A program made the position numbers and the translations under genes. Of a stretch of DNA of 60,288 nucleotides, positions 22,470 to 33,839 are shown in pieces; positions within the stretch are counted from its first letter, which is position 1; each line of letters opens with the position of its first letter. The stretch spans positions 1 to 60,288 of the forward strand of contig DASXGB010000054.1 of the NCBI GenBank assembly GCA_036489325.1, in the 5' to 3' direction. The stretch is from Caulobacteraceae bacterium (GTDB lineage: Bacteria; Pseudomonadota; Alphaproteobacteria; Caulobacterales; Caulobacteraceae). The notes under the pieces are model-generated. The model worked only from the letters and a program-made list of their open reading frames with translations, was not told the DNA's origin and searched no databases.

Positions 22470-23620
22470 GGCGCTGGCAATTGGGCCATCACCGCCCGGG
22501 CGGCCGCGCCTGCCGGGTTATGAATTCCACCCCGCATCAGCGTCAGCGCTTCGCTCTGCGCCGCCGATTGCTGCGCCCGCGCCGAAGGATCGTCCAGGAG
22601 TGGCGCCAGGGCGGCCGCAAGGCGACGACCCGTGCAGGCGCCCTGAACGAACTCAGGAGCGATTTCACGCCCAGCGGCCACGTTCATCAGTGTAATGAAT
22701 GAGGTGCGTATGAGCATTTTGGCGATCGCCGCGGTTGGCGGGTCAAGCCGATAGGCGACAACCATGGGCGCACCGGCAAGCGCGAATTCGGTGGTCACCG
22801 TCCCGCTACAGGCAAGCGCGGCGGTGGCGGCGGCCATCGCATCCTGCCGCTCTGCTTCGCCAACGATGAGCGGCGTCGACTTCCAATTGACCGCCCTTGC
22901 CGCCACAAGGCCAGCCACTGCGTCTGCGGCCAGAATCACAGTCTTGAGCGCCGTCCGATCCGCCGAAAGACGCCGCACGGCCTCCCCGAAGGGGCCCATC
23001 AGACGTTCCACTTCGCCACGGCGGCTCCCCGGCGCGACCACGAGCACAGGGTCGTCCGGCGCCGCGCCGATCCGCGCTCGAATGCGAGCCGGATCACCGC
23101 CGCCTTGTGGCGCAGCAAGAACTGGATTGCCGACAAATGTGGTGGCCAATCGCGCACGTTCGAACCAAGGAGCGTCGAAGCTGTGGATGGTGAGCAGGTG
23201 GTCGACCGCTTTCGCGAGAGTCCTAGCCCGACCGGGCCGCGTGGCCCAAACCTGTGGGCCCACATATTTGATCAGGCGCGCGCCCGGCAATCGCTGGCGG
23301 ATGGCATGGGCGACCCGCAAGTTGAACCCCCAGGAGTCTATCAAAACCACCGCATCTGGGCGTTCGCGGGCAGCCATCTCACCAACCTCAAGAGCCCGGC
23401 GCTTGACGACGGGATAGGCGGCCAGAGCGTCGAATACTCCAAGTACGGATAGCGGCGTGATGTCGAACGGACTGACGATCCCGCGGCGCCCCATCAGGGG
23501 GCCGCCGACGCCGATTAGACGAACGTCTGCATTTGACTGAAGCGCTTCCGCCAAGGCCGCGCCGAGCGCGTCGCCGGATGGTTCCGCGGCCACCAGCATC
23601 ACGCAGGCCGAAGTCTTCAC
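22442..23620 (-). CDS. lpxB: Lipid A disaccharide synthase
   Basis: [28 protein letters not shown] and SGTVT motifs; GTG at 23620 overlaps the lpxI stop (GTGA); the track ORF is over-extended. Confidence 0.95.
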   Translation of the reverse strand: MKTSACVMLVAAEPSGDALGAALAEALQSNADVRLIGVGGPLMGRRGIVSPFDITPLSVLGVFDALAAYPVVKRRALEVGEMAARERPDAVVLIDSWGFNLRVAHAIRQRLPGARLIKYVGPQVWATRPGRARTLAKAVDHLLTIHSFDAPWFERARLATTFVGNPVLAAPQGGGDPARIRARIGAAPDDPVLVVAPGSRRGEVERLMGPFGEAVRRLSADRTALKTVILAADAVAGLVAARAVNWKSTPLIVGEAERQDAMAAATAALACSGTVTTEFALAGAPMVVAYRLDPPTAAIAKMLIRTSFITLMNVAAGREIAPEFVQGACTGRRLAAALAPLLDDPSARAQQSAAQSEALTLMRGGIHNPAGAAARAVMAQLPAPQTRASIGL

Positions 23621-24456
23621 GGGTCGATGCCAACGATGAATAGTCCCAGCTCGTCGGCGAGCGCGCGAACTTCGCTGCGCTGAAGGAGGAGCGTGAGGCC
23701 AGCCTCGGCGGCGATCCCGGCCAAGCCCGCATCGGCAGCGCGACGAACGGTCGCCGGACCAAGCGTAGGCAAATCCACTCGACGCTCCTGCCCAGGCTTG
23801 CACACCTTGGCCAGGACGCCACGTCTTCGGCGGCCCGTTCCCCGGATTCCTTCGGGTAGCGCCGCGACCCGCGAGAGCATGGCGTCCGTTCCCTCCTGGG
23901 CCTCGAGCGCCAGAATCAGGCCTTCGCAAACAACCGCCCCTTGTCCGGCGTCCAACGCGCCAACGGCACGGGCGGCCATGAGCGCGCGCTCGATGTCCTC
24001 GCGGTGGGCGCGTCCGGGCTTAAACCTGCCAATTGGCCCCTTCGGCAGTAGAAGATCAGACATGACCTCATGCGCACCCTCCGCAATGAAGCCTTCCCGC
24101 TCGAATTCGGAAATCATGAAGGACAGCAGCCCATCATCGCCGCGGCGGGCGGCCGCCACGGCGCCCGGCAGAGCGGCGAGGCCCCGAATATCCGGTTTCA
24201 GACTCTTCAGATCGGGCCGCGAGACAATTCCAGCCAGGCACACAAACTTGCATTCCGATACCCGTAGCGCCTCAATGGCCGCTCCGAACTGGGCGATGCC
24301 TAGGTCGACGCCATCGAATTCGTTCAACTCGCGATCTGCGTACCCTTTGAGGCGAATGACGAAGATCGGACGGCCAACCTCGCGACAATGGCGAGCCAAG
24401 CTGGCCGGTAGGCCGCCGCCCCCGGCGATGAGGCCGAGCTTGCCGTTGTGAGCGAT
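23617..24456 (-). CDS. lpxI: UDP-2,3-diacylglucosamine diphosphatase LpxI (start appears to be non-canonical ATC at 24456)
   Basis: KLGLIAGGGGLP, GDDGLL, DAGQG, EAQEGTD and DLPTLG motifs; frame is open from 24456, upstream of the track's TTG at 24399. Confidence 0.9.
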   Translation of the reverse strand: MAHNGKLGLIAGGGGLPASLARHCREVGRPIFVIRLKGYADRELNEFDGVDLGIAQFGAAIEALRVSECKFVCLAGIVSRPDLKSLKPDIRGLAALPGAVAAARRGDDGLLSFMISEFEREGFIAEGAHEVMSDLLLPKGPIGRFKPGRAHREDIERALMAARAVGALDAGQGAVVCEGLILALEAQEGTDAMLSRVAALPEGIRGTGRRRRGVLAKVCKPGQERRVDLPTLGPATVRRAADAGLAGIAAEAGLTLLLQRSEVRALADELGLFIVGIDP

Positions 24457-25251
24457 CTAGATCTCCCGCTGGGGTGTGGTGAGCGGGCGGTTGGCGTTGG
24501 CACGAATGAATTCGACGATCTCCATCACTTCCGGTGAGCCAGCGTAGGCATCCGCCGTATCCTCGAGCCTCTCCTGAAATGTTCCTTCCTCGGCGAACAG
24601 CATTCGGTAGGCCGCGCGCAGCATGTTGATTGCCTCGCGGGAAAATCCGCGTCGCTTGAGCCCAACAAGGTTCAACCCCTCCAAGTGTGCGTGATTGCCC
24701 CACACGTTGCCGAACGGGATGACGTCGTGATTGACCCCAGCCATGCCCCCGACGAAAGCATGCCTGCCGATCCGCGTGTTCTGGTGGGCGGCGGAAAGGC
24801 CGCCCATAATCACAAAGTCGCCCAGCGTGACGTGTCCACCCAAGGTGGCGGTATTGGCCATGATCACATGGTCGCCGACAACGCAGTCGTGCCCCACATG
24901 CACTCCGACCATGAAGAAGCCGTCGGATCCGACGCCGGTCACGCCTCGGCCCATGGCAGTGCCGCAATGCATGGTCACATGTTCGCGAATGAGATTGCGG
25001 TCGCCTATCACCAGCCGGGTTGGCTCCCCCCTATGGCCTGCGTGCTGCGGAGCGTCTCCCAGCGCAGCGAATGAGTGCACAGCGCAGTCATCGCCAATCT
25101 CGGTATGCCCCTCAATTACAACGTGCGAACCGATCCTTGTCCGCGCCCCAAGGATCACGTGAGGGCCGACCACGCTGTAAGGCCCTACTTCGACGTCCTC
25201 GCCTAAGCGGGCGCCTTCGCTCACCATCGCCGTTGGATGCAATGCCGTCAC
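24457..25251 (-). CDS. lpxA: UDP-N-acetylglucosamine O-acyltransferase
   Basis: Hexapeptide repeats; [17 protein letters not shown] and [12 protein letters not shown] motifs. Confidence 0.97.
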   Translation of the reverse strand: MTALHPTAMVSEGARLGEDVEVGPYSVVGPHVILGARTRIGSHVVIEGHTEIGDDCAVHSFAALGDAPQHAGHRGEPTRLVIGDRNLIREHVTMHCGTAMGRGVTGVGSDGFFMVGVHVGHDCVVGDHVIMANTATLGGHVTLGDFVIMGGLSAAHQNTRIGRHAFVGGMAGVNHDVIPFGNVWGNHAHLEGLNLVGLKRRGFSREAINMLRAAYRMLFAEEGTFQERLEDTADAYAGSPEVMEIVEFIRANANRPLTTPQREI

Positions 25252-25718
25252 TTGCGGATGTCCACAAGCATGGCCGCGAATTCCGCCTCAGCGGCCAGCT
25301 TGCCATTGACGAGCCCGCGGCCCTTGAACTTCACAACATCCGAACGCGCCCTCATTACCTCCACAACCAATTTGAGCACGTCCCCTGGCCGAACCGGTTG
25401 GCGGAAACGGCAATTGTCGACCGACATGAAGAGGATGATCTTGCCTTCGGGATCGACGTCCCATGACTTGGACATCAGCAGTCCTCCGGTCTGGGCCATG
25501 GCCTCGATGATCAGCACGCCCGGCATCACCGGACTTTCGGGGAAGTGACCTTGAAAGAAGGGCTCATTGATCGTGACGTTCTTGACGCCGGTAAGCGTCT
25601 TTCCGGCCTCAAAGGCCTCTGCCCGATCGATCATCAGGAAGGGCGGCCTGTGCGGAATCCGCCGCATGATCTCCTGAACGTCGATGTCGCCTGTCTCGAC
25701 GACCCTCGAAACGGTCAT
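25248..25718 (-). CDS. fabZ: 3-hydroxyacyl-ACP dehydratase
   Basis: [20 protein letters not shown] and [11 protein letters not shown] motifs; ATG 25718 overlaps the lpxD stop. Confidence 0.97.
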   Translation of the reverse strand: MTVSRVVETGDIDVQEIMRRIPHRPPFLMIDRAEAFEAGKTLTGVKNVTINEPFFQGHFPESPVMPGVLIIEAMAQTGGLLMSKSWDVDPEGKIILFMSVDNCRFRQPVRPGDVLKLVVEVMRARSDVVKFKGRGLVNGKLAAEAEFAAMLVDIRK

Positions 25719-26752
25719 TCCCCTGACCCCCTGTTGCCCTGCCGCCTGGTCATTGCGGAGACCCAGGCGATCTCCCTTAGCCATTGGCGGACAGGGCGGG
25801 CAGGCGTCCCAGCCAGGACTGCGCCGGGTTTCACGTTTCCTATCACACCGGTCGCGGCCGCAAGCCGCGCGCCGTCGCCGATGTCGATGTGGTCGGCCAC
25901 ACCCACCCTTCCGCCAAGCATGCATCCATCGCCAATTGTGACGCTTCCGGATATTCCGCACTGAGAGGCCAATACGCAGTTTCGGCCGATGACGACGTTG
26001 TGGGCGATCTGGACCAGATTATCGATCTTGGTGTTTTCGCCAATCACCGTGTCATCGTACGCACCGCGATCGACACAGCTGTTGGCGCCGATGGTCACGC
26101 CATCCTGTAGAATAACCCGGCCAAGCTGAGGCACGTCGATGACGCCTCGATCTCCAGCGGTCGCCCCAAAGCCGGCCTCGCCAACAACAGCGCCCGCATA
26201 GATCCTGACATTGTCGCCAATGAGTGCGAAGCCGACGATTGCATTCGGTCCAACGTAGCAGTTTCGACCTAGCTTCACCCCTGTGCCAATGGCCGCCCCG
26301 GCGCAGAGACGCGTTCCTCGGCCGACGGCCGCCCCCGGCCCTATCGTAACTCCGGCTTCGACCTCGACTCCATCCTCGAGTTCAGCGTCCGGATGGATAT
26401 CCGGCATATCGACGGCACGGAGCCTCGGTCGATGCAGCCGTAGAGCGGCGGCCGCATAAGCCGCCTGTGGCAGGGGCGTCACCAGCGCCACGGTCGACGG
26501 CGGCGTAAAGTGCTTGAGACCGTCCGGGAGAAAACAGGCGCCGGCCTCGCCCGAGGCGAGCGCTTCCGCGTGCCGTCGGTCAGTCAGGAAGGTGACGCTG
26601 TCTGGACCTGACCGCGCGAGCGTCGCCACCCGAGCGATCCGGCCCTCGGTCTTGGCGCCGATCAGCACGGCGTCGGTGAGCACCGCGAGTTCCTGCAGGG
26701 TCGCCGGTCCAAGCGACTCGAAGAAGTGCTCGTCCGGCAGCCCCTGCGTCAA
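25715..26752 (-). CDS. lpxD: UDP-3-O-acyl-glucosamine N-acyltransferase
   Basis: [17 protein letters not shown] and [12 protein letters not shown] motifs; TTG at 26752 with GGGAG 7 nt upstream. Confidence 0.95.
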   Translation of the reverse strand: MTQGLPDEHFFESLGPATLQELAVLTDAVLIGAKTEGRIARVATLARSGPDSVTFLTDRRHAEALASGEAGACFLPDGLKHFTPPSTVALVTPLPQAAYAAAALRLHRPRLRAVDMPDIHPDAELEDGVEVEAGVTIGPGAAVGRGTRLCAGAAIGTGVKLGRNCYVGPNAIVGFALIGDNVRIYAGAVVGEAGFGATAGDRGVIDVPQLGRVILQDGVTIGANSCVDRGAYDDTVIGENTKIDNLVQIAHNVVIGRNCVLASQCGISGSVTIGDGCMLGGRVGVADHIDIGDGARLAAATGVIGNVKPGAVLAGTPARPVRQWLREIAWVSAMTRRQGNRGSGE

Positions 26753-26774
26753 CAACCCGCTCCCGCGAGCTAGC

Positions 26775-27398
26775 CTAGCGTTGCGCGGCCGCGGTTGTAT
26801 CCAGGTGTTCGCGCTCAAAAGCGAACTGTTGAATGCGCGAGTTGAGGCCGGCGACCGCCTGGCTAGTGATATCCATTGCCGGATTGGCGATCATAACCGA
26901 GTCTCGGTTGACCAAGATGCTGCACCGATGCTCCTCATAGAGTTGTCGTGCGATCGGATCGAGTTCCTGGGCGATGCGATTGAGCGACTTCTGCTCGGTG
27001 GCCTGAACCTCTCTTTGACGAAGGTCTGCCTTCTGCCTGAGCGCATTGGCGCGGGCCTCAATCGCCTGGGCTTGAGAATTGAACGTCGCCTGGTCAAGCG
27101 TGCTGCGCTTCGCCGCTAGGGCTCGGCTGTCGGTGGCGATCGCTGTGTCCTCGGGCTGCAGCTCGGCTTTCACCTGGGTCACGATCTGAGTCATGCGGTC
27201 GCTGACGTACTTGCCGACGGTCGAGGTCGAGATCGCCTGATTAACGGACAGGATGCACATGCCAGGGATGGCCGGACCTTGAGTTACCGGCGGCGGCGCG
27301 GCCGCCGCCGCGCGGGCCTGGGCCGACACGTTCGACGCGAGCGAAAGCGCGGCGACCAAAGCCAAACCCGAAGTGGTGAATTTGCTTATCATTTCCAT
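26775..27398 (-). CDS. skp: OmpH/Skp-family periplasmic chaperone
   Basis: Signal peptide, long coiled coil, C-terminal [12 protein letters not shown]; lies between bamA and lpxD; ATG at 27398 or 27392. Confidence 0.85.
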   Translation of the reverse strand: MEMISKFTTSGLALVAALSLASNVSAQARAAAAAPPPVTQGPAIPGMCILSVNQAISTSTVGKYVSDRMTQIVTQVKAELQPEDTAIATDSRALAAKRSTLDQATFNSQAQAIEARANALRQKADLRQREVQATEQKSLNRIAQELDPIARQLYEEHRCSILVNRDSVMIANPAMDITSQAVAGLNSRIQQFAFEREHLDTTAAAQR

Positions 27399-27411
27399 AA
27401 ATACCTTGTGT

Positions 27412-29784
27412 TTAGAATGACGTTGTTGTCGAGAACCTGAATAGTTGTGTCTTGTCGTAAGGCGCCTTGCGAATGATCTGGCTGAAATCAAATCGCAGGG
27501 GTCCCATTGGTGATCTCCAGAAAACGCTGATGCCGGCCGTGGCGCGGAAGGCGAGGTCGTCGACAACCGTCGGAATTGGCTGATGCGTGTCCGGATCGAT
27601 CAGATCTTGCTTATCCAGCAGGCCCTCCGTGCCAAAGTCGCTGAACACGGCCAGTTTGATCCCATACTGATCGGGCAAGAATGTGGGGATCGTCTCCTCA
27701 ATTGTTCCGATCGCCTTCAGCTTGCCGCCCAGAGCATCGCCAAACCGCAAATCACGCGGCCCGATGCCGGCGATATCGAAGCCGCGGAAATCGTCGCCGC
27801 CCGCGTAGAAACGATCAGCGATACGTATGGTGTCCCCGTTCCAGCCGTCGATGTAACCGACGACACCTGTGATGCTGAGACGGAAATTCTTGTTGAACCC
27901 GTAGTACCAGCCGCCATTGGCGACGGTCTTGACGTAGTGCACCGTGCCGCCGACGCCGGCGACGTCCTGCGATAGCGCCAGATTGAACCCGCGCGTCGCG
28001 GCGTCCGACGAGATGTTCCTATGGTCATAGGCCAGCGTGTAGCCAACCTGAGACGTGAGATATGAGCCGCGCTCTTCGCAGAGCACAATTGATACCTGCT
28101 CGTTGCCGGGAATGCAGACATTGTTTTGTACGATCACGTCGTCAGTGCGGATCGTATAGCGGGTCGTCAAAGAGGCCCGCTGAGTAAGCGGGAAGCCCAG
28201 GCGGAAGACGGCGCCGGCCGAGGTCGTATTGTAGGATGAGAACTCGAAGAAATTATACTTGTAAGCATAGAGGTCCCAGCCGGCCTGAAGGTCCCGATTC
28301 AGGAAATGTGGCTCAGTGAACGAGAGATCGACCTGCTGGCGCAAGGTGCCTAGAGAAATCCGCAGACCCAGATTGTCCCCTCTTCCGCGGAAATTGGATT
28401 GCGTGACGCTGATGTCGGTGACGATCTTGTCGACGGTCGAATAGCCGGCGCTGAATGAAAGCTGACCGGTGGGTTGTTCTGTGACCTTCACCAGAAGATT
28501 GGTGCGATCCGGCTCGGATCCAGGCGAGTTGGTGATATCCACGTCCTTGAAGAAGCCGAGCGCCTTCACGTTAGCTTTCGACCGATCGACCAGCGCACGA
28601 TTATAGGCGTCGCCCTCGGAAACCATGAGACGGCGGCGGATTACCCGATCCAGCGTCGCCGTATTCCCGACAACCTCGATGCGCCCGATGTAGACTCTTG
28701 GGCCTTCTTTCACGTCAAACTCGACGTCAACGGTGTGCTTCAACGGATCGGGCTTGTAGGTCGGGTGGACGTCGACAAAGGCGAAGCCAGCTGCGCCCGC
28801 TGCGAATGTCAGGTCGTCCGTCGCGGTCTCGATCTTCTGATCGGCGTAGACCTGACCCGACTTAATCGGCAGAATCTGACGCAGGATGTCCGGGTTGAGC
28901 TTTTTGAGCTCTGTCTTCACGGTGACCTTGCCGAAACGATATCGCTCGCCCTCGTCCAGGGCGTAAGTGACTGCGAAGCCGTTCCGATCGGGGGCCAATT
29001 CGGCGACCGACGAGATCACCCGAAAATCGTAGAAGCCGCGATTGCGGTAGTACTTGCGGAGTTGCTCCCGGTCGTACTCGACCCGATCCGGGTCGTAATT
29101 GTCGTTCGTAGAGAAGAATCGGTACCAGGCGCTTTCCTTGGTCACCACGACGCCACGCAGGTCGGTGGCCGAAAACTGCTTGTTGCCAAGAAAATTGACA
29201 CGGAGGATGCCGCTCTTCGGGCCTTCATGGATTTCGAAGATCAAATCCACGCGACGCTGAGGGAGTTCGACAATTTTGGGCGTGACTGTCGCCGAAATGC
29301 GTCCCGAACGACGGTAGAGCTCGACAATCCGGCCCACGTCCTCCTCGACCTTCGCGCGCGTAAAGACGCCTCGGGGTCGAATCTGGATCTCATCCTCGAG
29401 CTTGTCGTTCTTGAGGTTGGAATTGCCCTCAAAAAGCACCTGATTGATAACTGGATTTTCGACCACCCGGACAACTAAGGTCGAGCCATTCATGTCGAGT
29501 TTGACGTCAGAAAAGAGGTCAGTCTTGAACAGGGCCTTCAGTGCCGCATCCAGCTTCTGCGGATCGACCGAGTCGCCAACGCCGAGCGGCAGGTAGGAGA
29601 GGACCGTCTCCGAATCGATCCGCTCGTTCCCTTGGACTTCGATGGAGCCAATTACCGCTGACTGCGGTTGAAGCTGCGCGGCAGCCGTCAGGGGAGCGAC
29701 CAGTGCTGCGCCGCCGAGAAGAAAGGCAAGCGAGGAAACAAGCGCCGCTCTGCGCGCGCGGGGGTGGCTCGACGGGTCAGCCAT
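27412..29784 (-). CDS. bamA: Outer membrane protein assembly factor BamA
   Basis: POTRA repeats (IEVQGNERI, FEGN), FRGF loop motif, WRSPMGPLRF and terminal Phe. Confidence 0.98.
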   Translation of the reverse strand: MADPSSHPRARRAALVSSLAFLLGGAALVAPLTAAAQLQPQSAVIGSIEVQGNERIDSETVLSYLPLGVGDSVDPQKLDAALKALFKTDLFSDVKLDMNGSTLVVRVVENPVINQVLFEGNSNLKNDKLEDEIQIRPRGVFTRAKVEEDVGRIVELYRRSGRISATVTPKIVELPQRRVDLIFEIHEGPKSGILRVNFLGNKQFSATDLRGVVVTKESAWYRFFSTNDNYDPDRVEYDREQLRKYYRNRGFYDFRVISSVAELAPDRNGFAVTYALDEGERYRFGKVTVKTELKKLNPDILRQILPIKSGQVYADQKIETATDDLTFAAGAAGFAFVDVHPTYKPDPLKHTVDVEFDVKEGPRVYIGRIEVVGNTATLDRVIRRRLMVSEGDAYNRALVDRSKANVKALGFFKDVDITNSPGSEPDRTNLLVKVTEQPTGQLSFSAGYSTVDKIVTDISVTQSNFRGRGDNLGLRISLGTLRQQVDLSFTEPHFLNRDLQAGWDLYAYKYNFFEFSSYNTTSAGAVFRLGFPLTQRASLTTRYTIRTDDVIVQNNVCIPGNEQVSIVLCEERGSYLTSQVGYTLAYDHRNISSDAATRGFNLALSQDVAGVGGTVHYVKTVANGGWYYGFNKNFRLSITGVVGYIDGWNGDTIRIADRFYAGGDDFRGFDIAGIGPRDLRFGDALGGKLKAIGTIEETIPTFLPDQYGIKLAVFSDFGTEGLLDKQDLIDPDTHQPIPTVVDDLAFRATAGISVFWRSPMGPLRFDFSQIIRKAPYDKTQLFRFSTTTSF

Positions 29785-29799
29785 GTAGGGATGGTCGCC

Positions 29800-31017
29800 T
29801 TACGAAAACAAGCTGCCGAAGAAGTGAAACACCCGCGTTAGCGGAAGGTCGTGGAGGTTGGCGAACAACATCAAACCCACCAACAAAGCAAGCCCCACAC
29901 GGTAGCTGGCCGCCTGGACGCGAGCGCCGAGCGGCCGCTTTGCAAGCCACTCATACGCGTAGAATACGAGGTGTCCGCCATCGAGGATCGGGAGCGGCAA
30001 CAGGTTCATGATGCCGATTCCGACCGAAATCAAAGCTGTGAAGCTGACCAGGGATACGATGACGCCCAAGGCCTGATCACCGGCGTTGTTCGGCGCGTCG
30101 GCGATCGCCCTCTTGGTGATGACGCCCGATACTCGCGCCATGCCGACGACGCCATGTAGTTGGTCGAGGCCGGTTTGACCCGTCACCAGGCGGCTTAACT
30201 GGAATGTCGTGGTGGTCAACACATCCCAGGTCTCGGCCGTGCCCCCGGCGATCGCCGAGATCGGATCGAGACGTCTGAATCCCCAGTTTCCGTCACGGGC
30301 GATGAGAACGCCGAGAATGCCCTCAGTCTGGTTCCAGCCAAAGCCGCTGGGTTCGCTTACCGGCTGCGGAGTCGCAAAGAGGTGCAGGGTCTGACCGTTC
30401 CGTTCGACGACGAAATCCATGGCGACGCCATAGCGGTACGCCAGATAGGATTTGAGATCATAGTATCCTGGCAACTGGCGACCATTGGCCGAGACGATGC
30501 GATCGCCTGCAAGGAATCCCGCCTTCGCCGCGGGGCTGCCAGGCTCGACCTGGCCGACTTTGTAAGGGCTAACGTTTTGTCCAACCGTGGCCAGCAAAAG
30601 CGAGAAGAGAGCGACGGCCAGGATAAAGTTCGCAGCCGGCCCCGCTATGGAAATGATCGCGCGCTGCCAAAGCGGCTTGAAGGGAAGATACTTGCGCTCA
30701 GCGCCGGGACCTTCCCTCGCCACTATCCGCGCCCGCATTTCTGTCAGATCCTGGCCATCGGGCACGCTGGCGACATTTTCATCGAGGGCGAAGCGCACGT
30801 AGCCTCCTAAAGGCGCCCAGGCGATTCGCCACTCAACCCCGGCCCGGTCCTTCCATGACAAGAGGGCGCGGCCAAACCCGATCGAGAACCGCTCGATGGC
30901 CACGCCAAAGGCTCGACCCGCCGCAAAGTGGCCTAACTCATGCACGGTCACGATGGCGGTGATCACCACCAACAGGGGCACCACGAAAAGGATCGCGTTC
31001 TGCAGAAAAGCGATCAT
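29800..31017 (-). CDS. rseP: Site-2 protease RseP (M50, PDZ domain)
   Basis: HELGH, FSIGFG, AGPAANF and NLLPLPILDGGH motifs. Confidence 0.96.
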   Translation of the reverse strand: MIAFLQNAILFVVPLLVVITAIVTVHELGHFAAGRAFGVAIERFSIGFGRALLSWKDRAGVEWRIAWAPLGGYVRFALDENVASVPDGQDLTEMRARIVAREGPGAERKYLPFKPLWQRAIISIAGPAANFILAVALFSLLLATVGQNVSPYKVGQVEPGSPAAKAGFLAGDRIVSANGRQLPGYYDLKSYLAYRYGVAMDFVVERNGQTLHLFATPQPVSEPSGFGWNQTEGILGVLIARDGNWGFRRLDPISAIAGGTAETWDVLTTTTFQLSRLVTGQTGLDQLHGVVGMARVSGVITKRAIADAPNNAGDQALGVIVSLVSFTALISVGIGIMNLLPLPILDGGHLVFYAYEWLAKRPLGARVQAASYRVGLALLVGLMLFANLHDLPLTRVFHFFGSLFS

Positions 31018-31052
31018 GAGAACGCGATCTCCATGTGGTGTCCGGGCATGCC

Positions 31053-32231
31053 CTAGAAACGCGACAGCACTTGGGCGGCCATCTTCCGCGCCGCGCTATC
31101 GACGACCTGCGCCCGCTCCAAGGCTTCATCATTGGCGCAGGCGGCCAAGTCGCCGGCCCCGTTCATTTGGGCCAAGGTTTCCTCCACTGTCGGCGCAATG
31201 TCCAGAAAGCCGATGGCGCCGCCAAGAAAGGCGCCGACCGCGATCTCGTTCGCCGCGTTCATCGCCGCTGGCGCGCCGCCGCCGGTCGACAAGGCGCCTC
31301 GGGCAATCGCCAAAGCCGGGAATCGCACCTCATCCGGCCGCTCGAACGTCAATGAGCCGACAGCCGGGAGGTCCAGTTCCGGCGCGTCCCAGGCGACCCG
31401 CTCGGGCCAGGCCCAAGCGCATGCGATCGGCGCCCGCATGTCGGGCGGACCAAGCTGAGCCAGAGTGGAACCATCCGCATACTCCACCAGGCTGTGGATC
31501 ACCGATTGCGGATGGATGACGACGTCAACTTTTTCCGGCGGCATGTCGAACAGATAGGCCGCTTCGATTGTTTCCAGGCCCTTGTTCATCATGGTCGCCG
31601 AGTCGACCGAGATCTTGGCGCCCATGTTCCAATTGGGATGGTTGATGGCCTGCTCGCGCGTCGCCGAACGCATGGCTTCAAGGGTCCAACAGCGAAACGG
31701 GCCGCCCGATGCTGTCAGGATCAGCCGTTTCACGACCTTGGCGTTTTCGCGGTCGAAAACCTGGAAGATCGCAGAATGCTCGGAATCGACGGGAATCACC
31801 CGGCCGCCCGCCGCCTGAGCGATCGCCAGGAGGGCCGGCCCCGCGCACACAAGGCTTTCCTTGTTCGCCAGTCCGATGGTCGAACCGGCTCTCGCCGCTG
31901 CAAGGGTCGGGGCGAGGCCGGCGGCGCCGACAATTGCCGACATCACCCAGTCGGCTCCCAGGCCGGCAGCTTCGATAATGGCCGAGGCGCCCGCCGCAGC
32001 CGCAACGCCGGTGCCTTTCAGGCGATCGCGCAATTCTTCAAGCTGACTCTCGTCCTCGATGACTGCGGTGTGCGGCCGCCAGCGACGGGCCTGTTCGGCA
32101 AGAAGGGCAACATTTCGGCCCGCCGTTAGCGCCAGTATCTCAACTTCGGCGCCGCTGAGCTCGAGGAGACTGAGCGTCGAGACGCCGACCGAACCTGTTG
32201 AGCCCAGAATGACGGCTGTGCGGCAGGGCAT
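31053..32231 (-). CDS. dxr: 1-deoxy-D-xylulose-5-phosphate reductoisomerase
   Basis: [22 protein letters not shown] and [23 protein letters not shown] motifs; ATG 32231 overlaps the cdsA stop. Confidence 0.98.
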   Translation of the reverse strand: MPCRTAVILGSTGSVGVSTLSLLELSGAEVEILALTAGRNVALLAEQARRWRPHTAVIEDESQLEELRDRLKGTGVAAAAGASAIIEAAGLGADWVMSAIVGAAGLAPTLAAARAGSTIGLANKESLVCAGPALLAIAQAAGGRVIPVDSEHSAIFQVFDRENAKVVKRLILTASGGPFRCWTLEAMRSATREQAINHPNWNMGAKISVDSATMMNKGLETIEAAYLFDMPPEKVDVVIHPQSVIHSLVEYADGSTLAQLGPPDMRAPIACAWAWPERVAWDAPELDLPAVGSLTFERPDEVRFPALAIARGALSTGGGAPAAMNAANEIAVGAFLGGAIGFLDIAPTVEETLAQMNGAGDLAACANDEALERAQVVDSAARKMAAQVLSRF

Positions 32232-33076
32232 CAGTGCGCCCATCCGAAATGTACGATGAGACGGGCGAGCGCGAACACGACGATGGCGAACATCAGGCCA
32301 TCGACGCGGTCGAGCAGACCGCCATGTCCAGGGATCAGATCGCCGGAATCCTTTACCCCGAACCGACGCTTCAACATCGATTCCCAGAGGTCACCCGCCA
32401 TAGTGGCCAATCCTCCCGCAAATCCGATCAACGCCGCGCCGCTTAGCGACAGCCTCATGAGCATGGCGGCGATCGCCACCGACGCTGCGGCGGCCGCCGC
32501 CAGACCTCCGACGAAGCCGGACCATGTCTTGTTCGGCGAGAAACGCGGCCAAAGTTTGGGGCCTTTCACCAAATTCCCGACCATAAAGGCGCCGATATCC
32601 GCCGCCCAGGCGGTCGCAAAAAGCATCAATGTCCAACCTGCGCCCTGGGACGATTGTCTGAGCCAGACCAGCGCGAGACCTGCCGGAGCGATGTATAGAA
32701 CGCCGTAGGCGGCGTCGACGACACGCGCGCCAGACCTCGCCGCGAGCAACGCAGAGATCGCAGCTCCGATCACCACGCACGCCCAGCCCACATCATACAG
32801 GCCAAAAAACGAGAGGGCCACGACGGCGGATACGGCCGTGGCCGTGGCCCATCCCACGCGGCGAGCGCGGCCGGGCGCAGCCATTCTTCCCCATTCCAGG
32901 GACAGGAGAATCCCAGCTACAGCCACCAGCGCCAGAAAGGGCGCGCGCCAAGCCACACCCTTCCAATCGAAGGCCAGTACCGCCCAGACCGCTCCGGCTG
33001 CGAGGATGACGCCGGAAACGACCCTCAGCCCGAGATTTCTCCAGTCGAAGGCCCTATCCCGCGGCAAGGATGTCAT
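32231..33076 (-). CDS. cdsA: Phosphatidate cytidylyltransferase
   Basis: SPNKTWSG and [32 protein letters not shown] motifs; ATG at 33076. Confidence 0.96.
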   Translation of the reverse strand: MTSLPRDRAFDWRNLGLRVVSGVILAAGAVWAVLAFDWKGVAWRAPFLALVAVAGILLSLEWGRMAAPGRARRVGWATATAVSAVVALSFFGLYDVGWACVVIGAAISALLAARSGARVVDAAYGVLYIAPAGLALVWLRQSSQGAGWTLMLFATAWAADIGAFMVGNLVKGPKLWPRFSPNKTWSGFVGGLAAAAAASVAIAAMLMRLSLSGAALIGFAGGLATMAGDLWESMLKRRFGVKDSGDLIPGHGGLLDRVDGLMFAIVVFALARLIVHFGWAH

Positions 33077-33815
33077 CGACCGCGATCCGGCCAAACCGGC
33101 GTTCCCTGGAATGGAACTCCAATATCGCGGCCTTGAGGTACTCGGGCCCGTAGTCTGGCCAATAGACGTCCTGGAAGACCAGCTCAGCGTATGCACACTC
33201 CCACAATAGGAAGTTGGACACCCGCAACTCGCCGCTAGTGCGGATTATGAGGTCGGGAGGCGGCGCGCCCGCAGTCGACAGTCGGCTCTCGAACTCTGTC
33301 TCGTCGAGGTCGTCAGGTTGAGCGCGACCATCAGCCACCGCCTGGGCGAACTTGCGGGCCGCATCGACGATGTCGGCCCGGCCGCCATAGTTGAACGCAA
33401 CTTGCAGGAAGAAGCGATTGTTGGCGGCAGTGCGCGCCTCTGCCGTCTCCACGATCTCCAGGATATCCGGATCGAGGCCTGTCCGGCGCCCGACGACCCG
33501 GACGTGAACGCCTTCCCTTTCCAGGCGCGCGAGGTCGGTCTGAAAGTATGCTTTCATCAGACTCATCAGTTCCGAGACTTCGTCCCGCGGCCGGCGCCAA
33601 TTCTCGGTGGAAAAACCGAACACGGTAAGGCGTTCAACGCCAAGGTCGGCCGCGCCTTCAACGGTCCGGCGCAGCGCCGTGACCCCCGCCCGGTGACCAA
33701 GCGCGCGCGGCAGGCCGCGGCGCCTCGCCCAACGACCGTTTCCATCCATGATGATCGCCACGTGCAGGCGCTCGCCAGAACCCGGGCCTTCGTAAACCTC
33801 ATTCACGGGCGACAT
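33054..33815 (-). CDS. uppS: Undecaprenyl diphosphate synthase
   Basis: HVAIIMDGNGRWA, FSTENWRRP and RTSGELRVSNFLLW motifs. Confidence 0.98.
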   Translation of the reverse strand: MSPVNEVYEGPGSGERLHVAIIMDGNGRWARRRGLPRALGHRAGVTALRRTVEGAADLGVERLTVFGFSTENWRRPRDEVSELMSLMKAYFQTDLARLEREGVHVRVVGRRTGLDPDILEIVETAEARTAANNRFFLQVAFNYGGRADIVDAARKFAQAVADGRAQPDDLDETEFESRLSTAGAPPPDLIIRTSGELRVSNFLLWECAYAELVFQDVYWPDYGPEYLKAAILEFHSRERRFGRIAVDDILAAG

Positions 33816-33839
33816 GGCCGATCCCTCGCTGCCCCCGAG

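Noticed and set aside
22442-23929. Apparent N-terminal extensions of LpxB, FabZ, LpxD, Skp, CdsA, RpmF, the epimerase and Nnr in the ORF track
   Set aside because: Artefacts of longest-ORF calling; better starts exist with SD sequences or stop/start overlaps.
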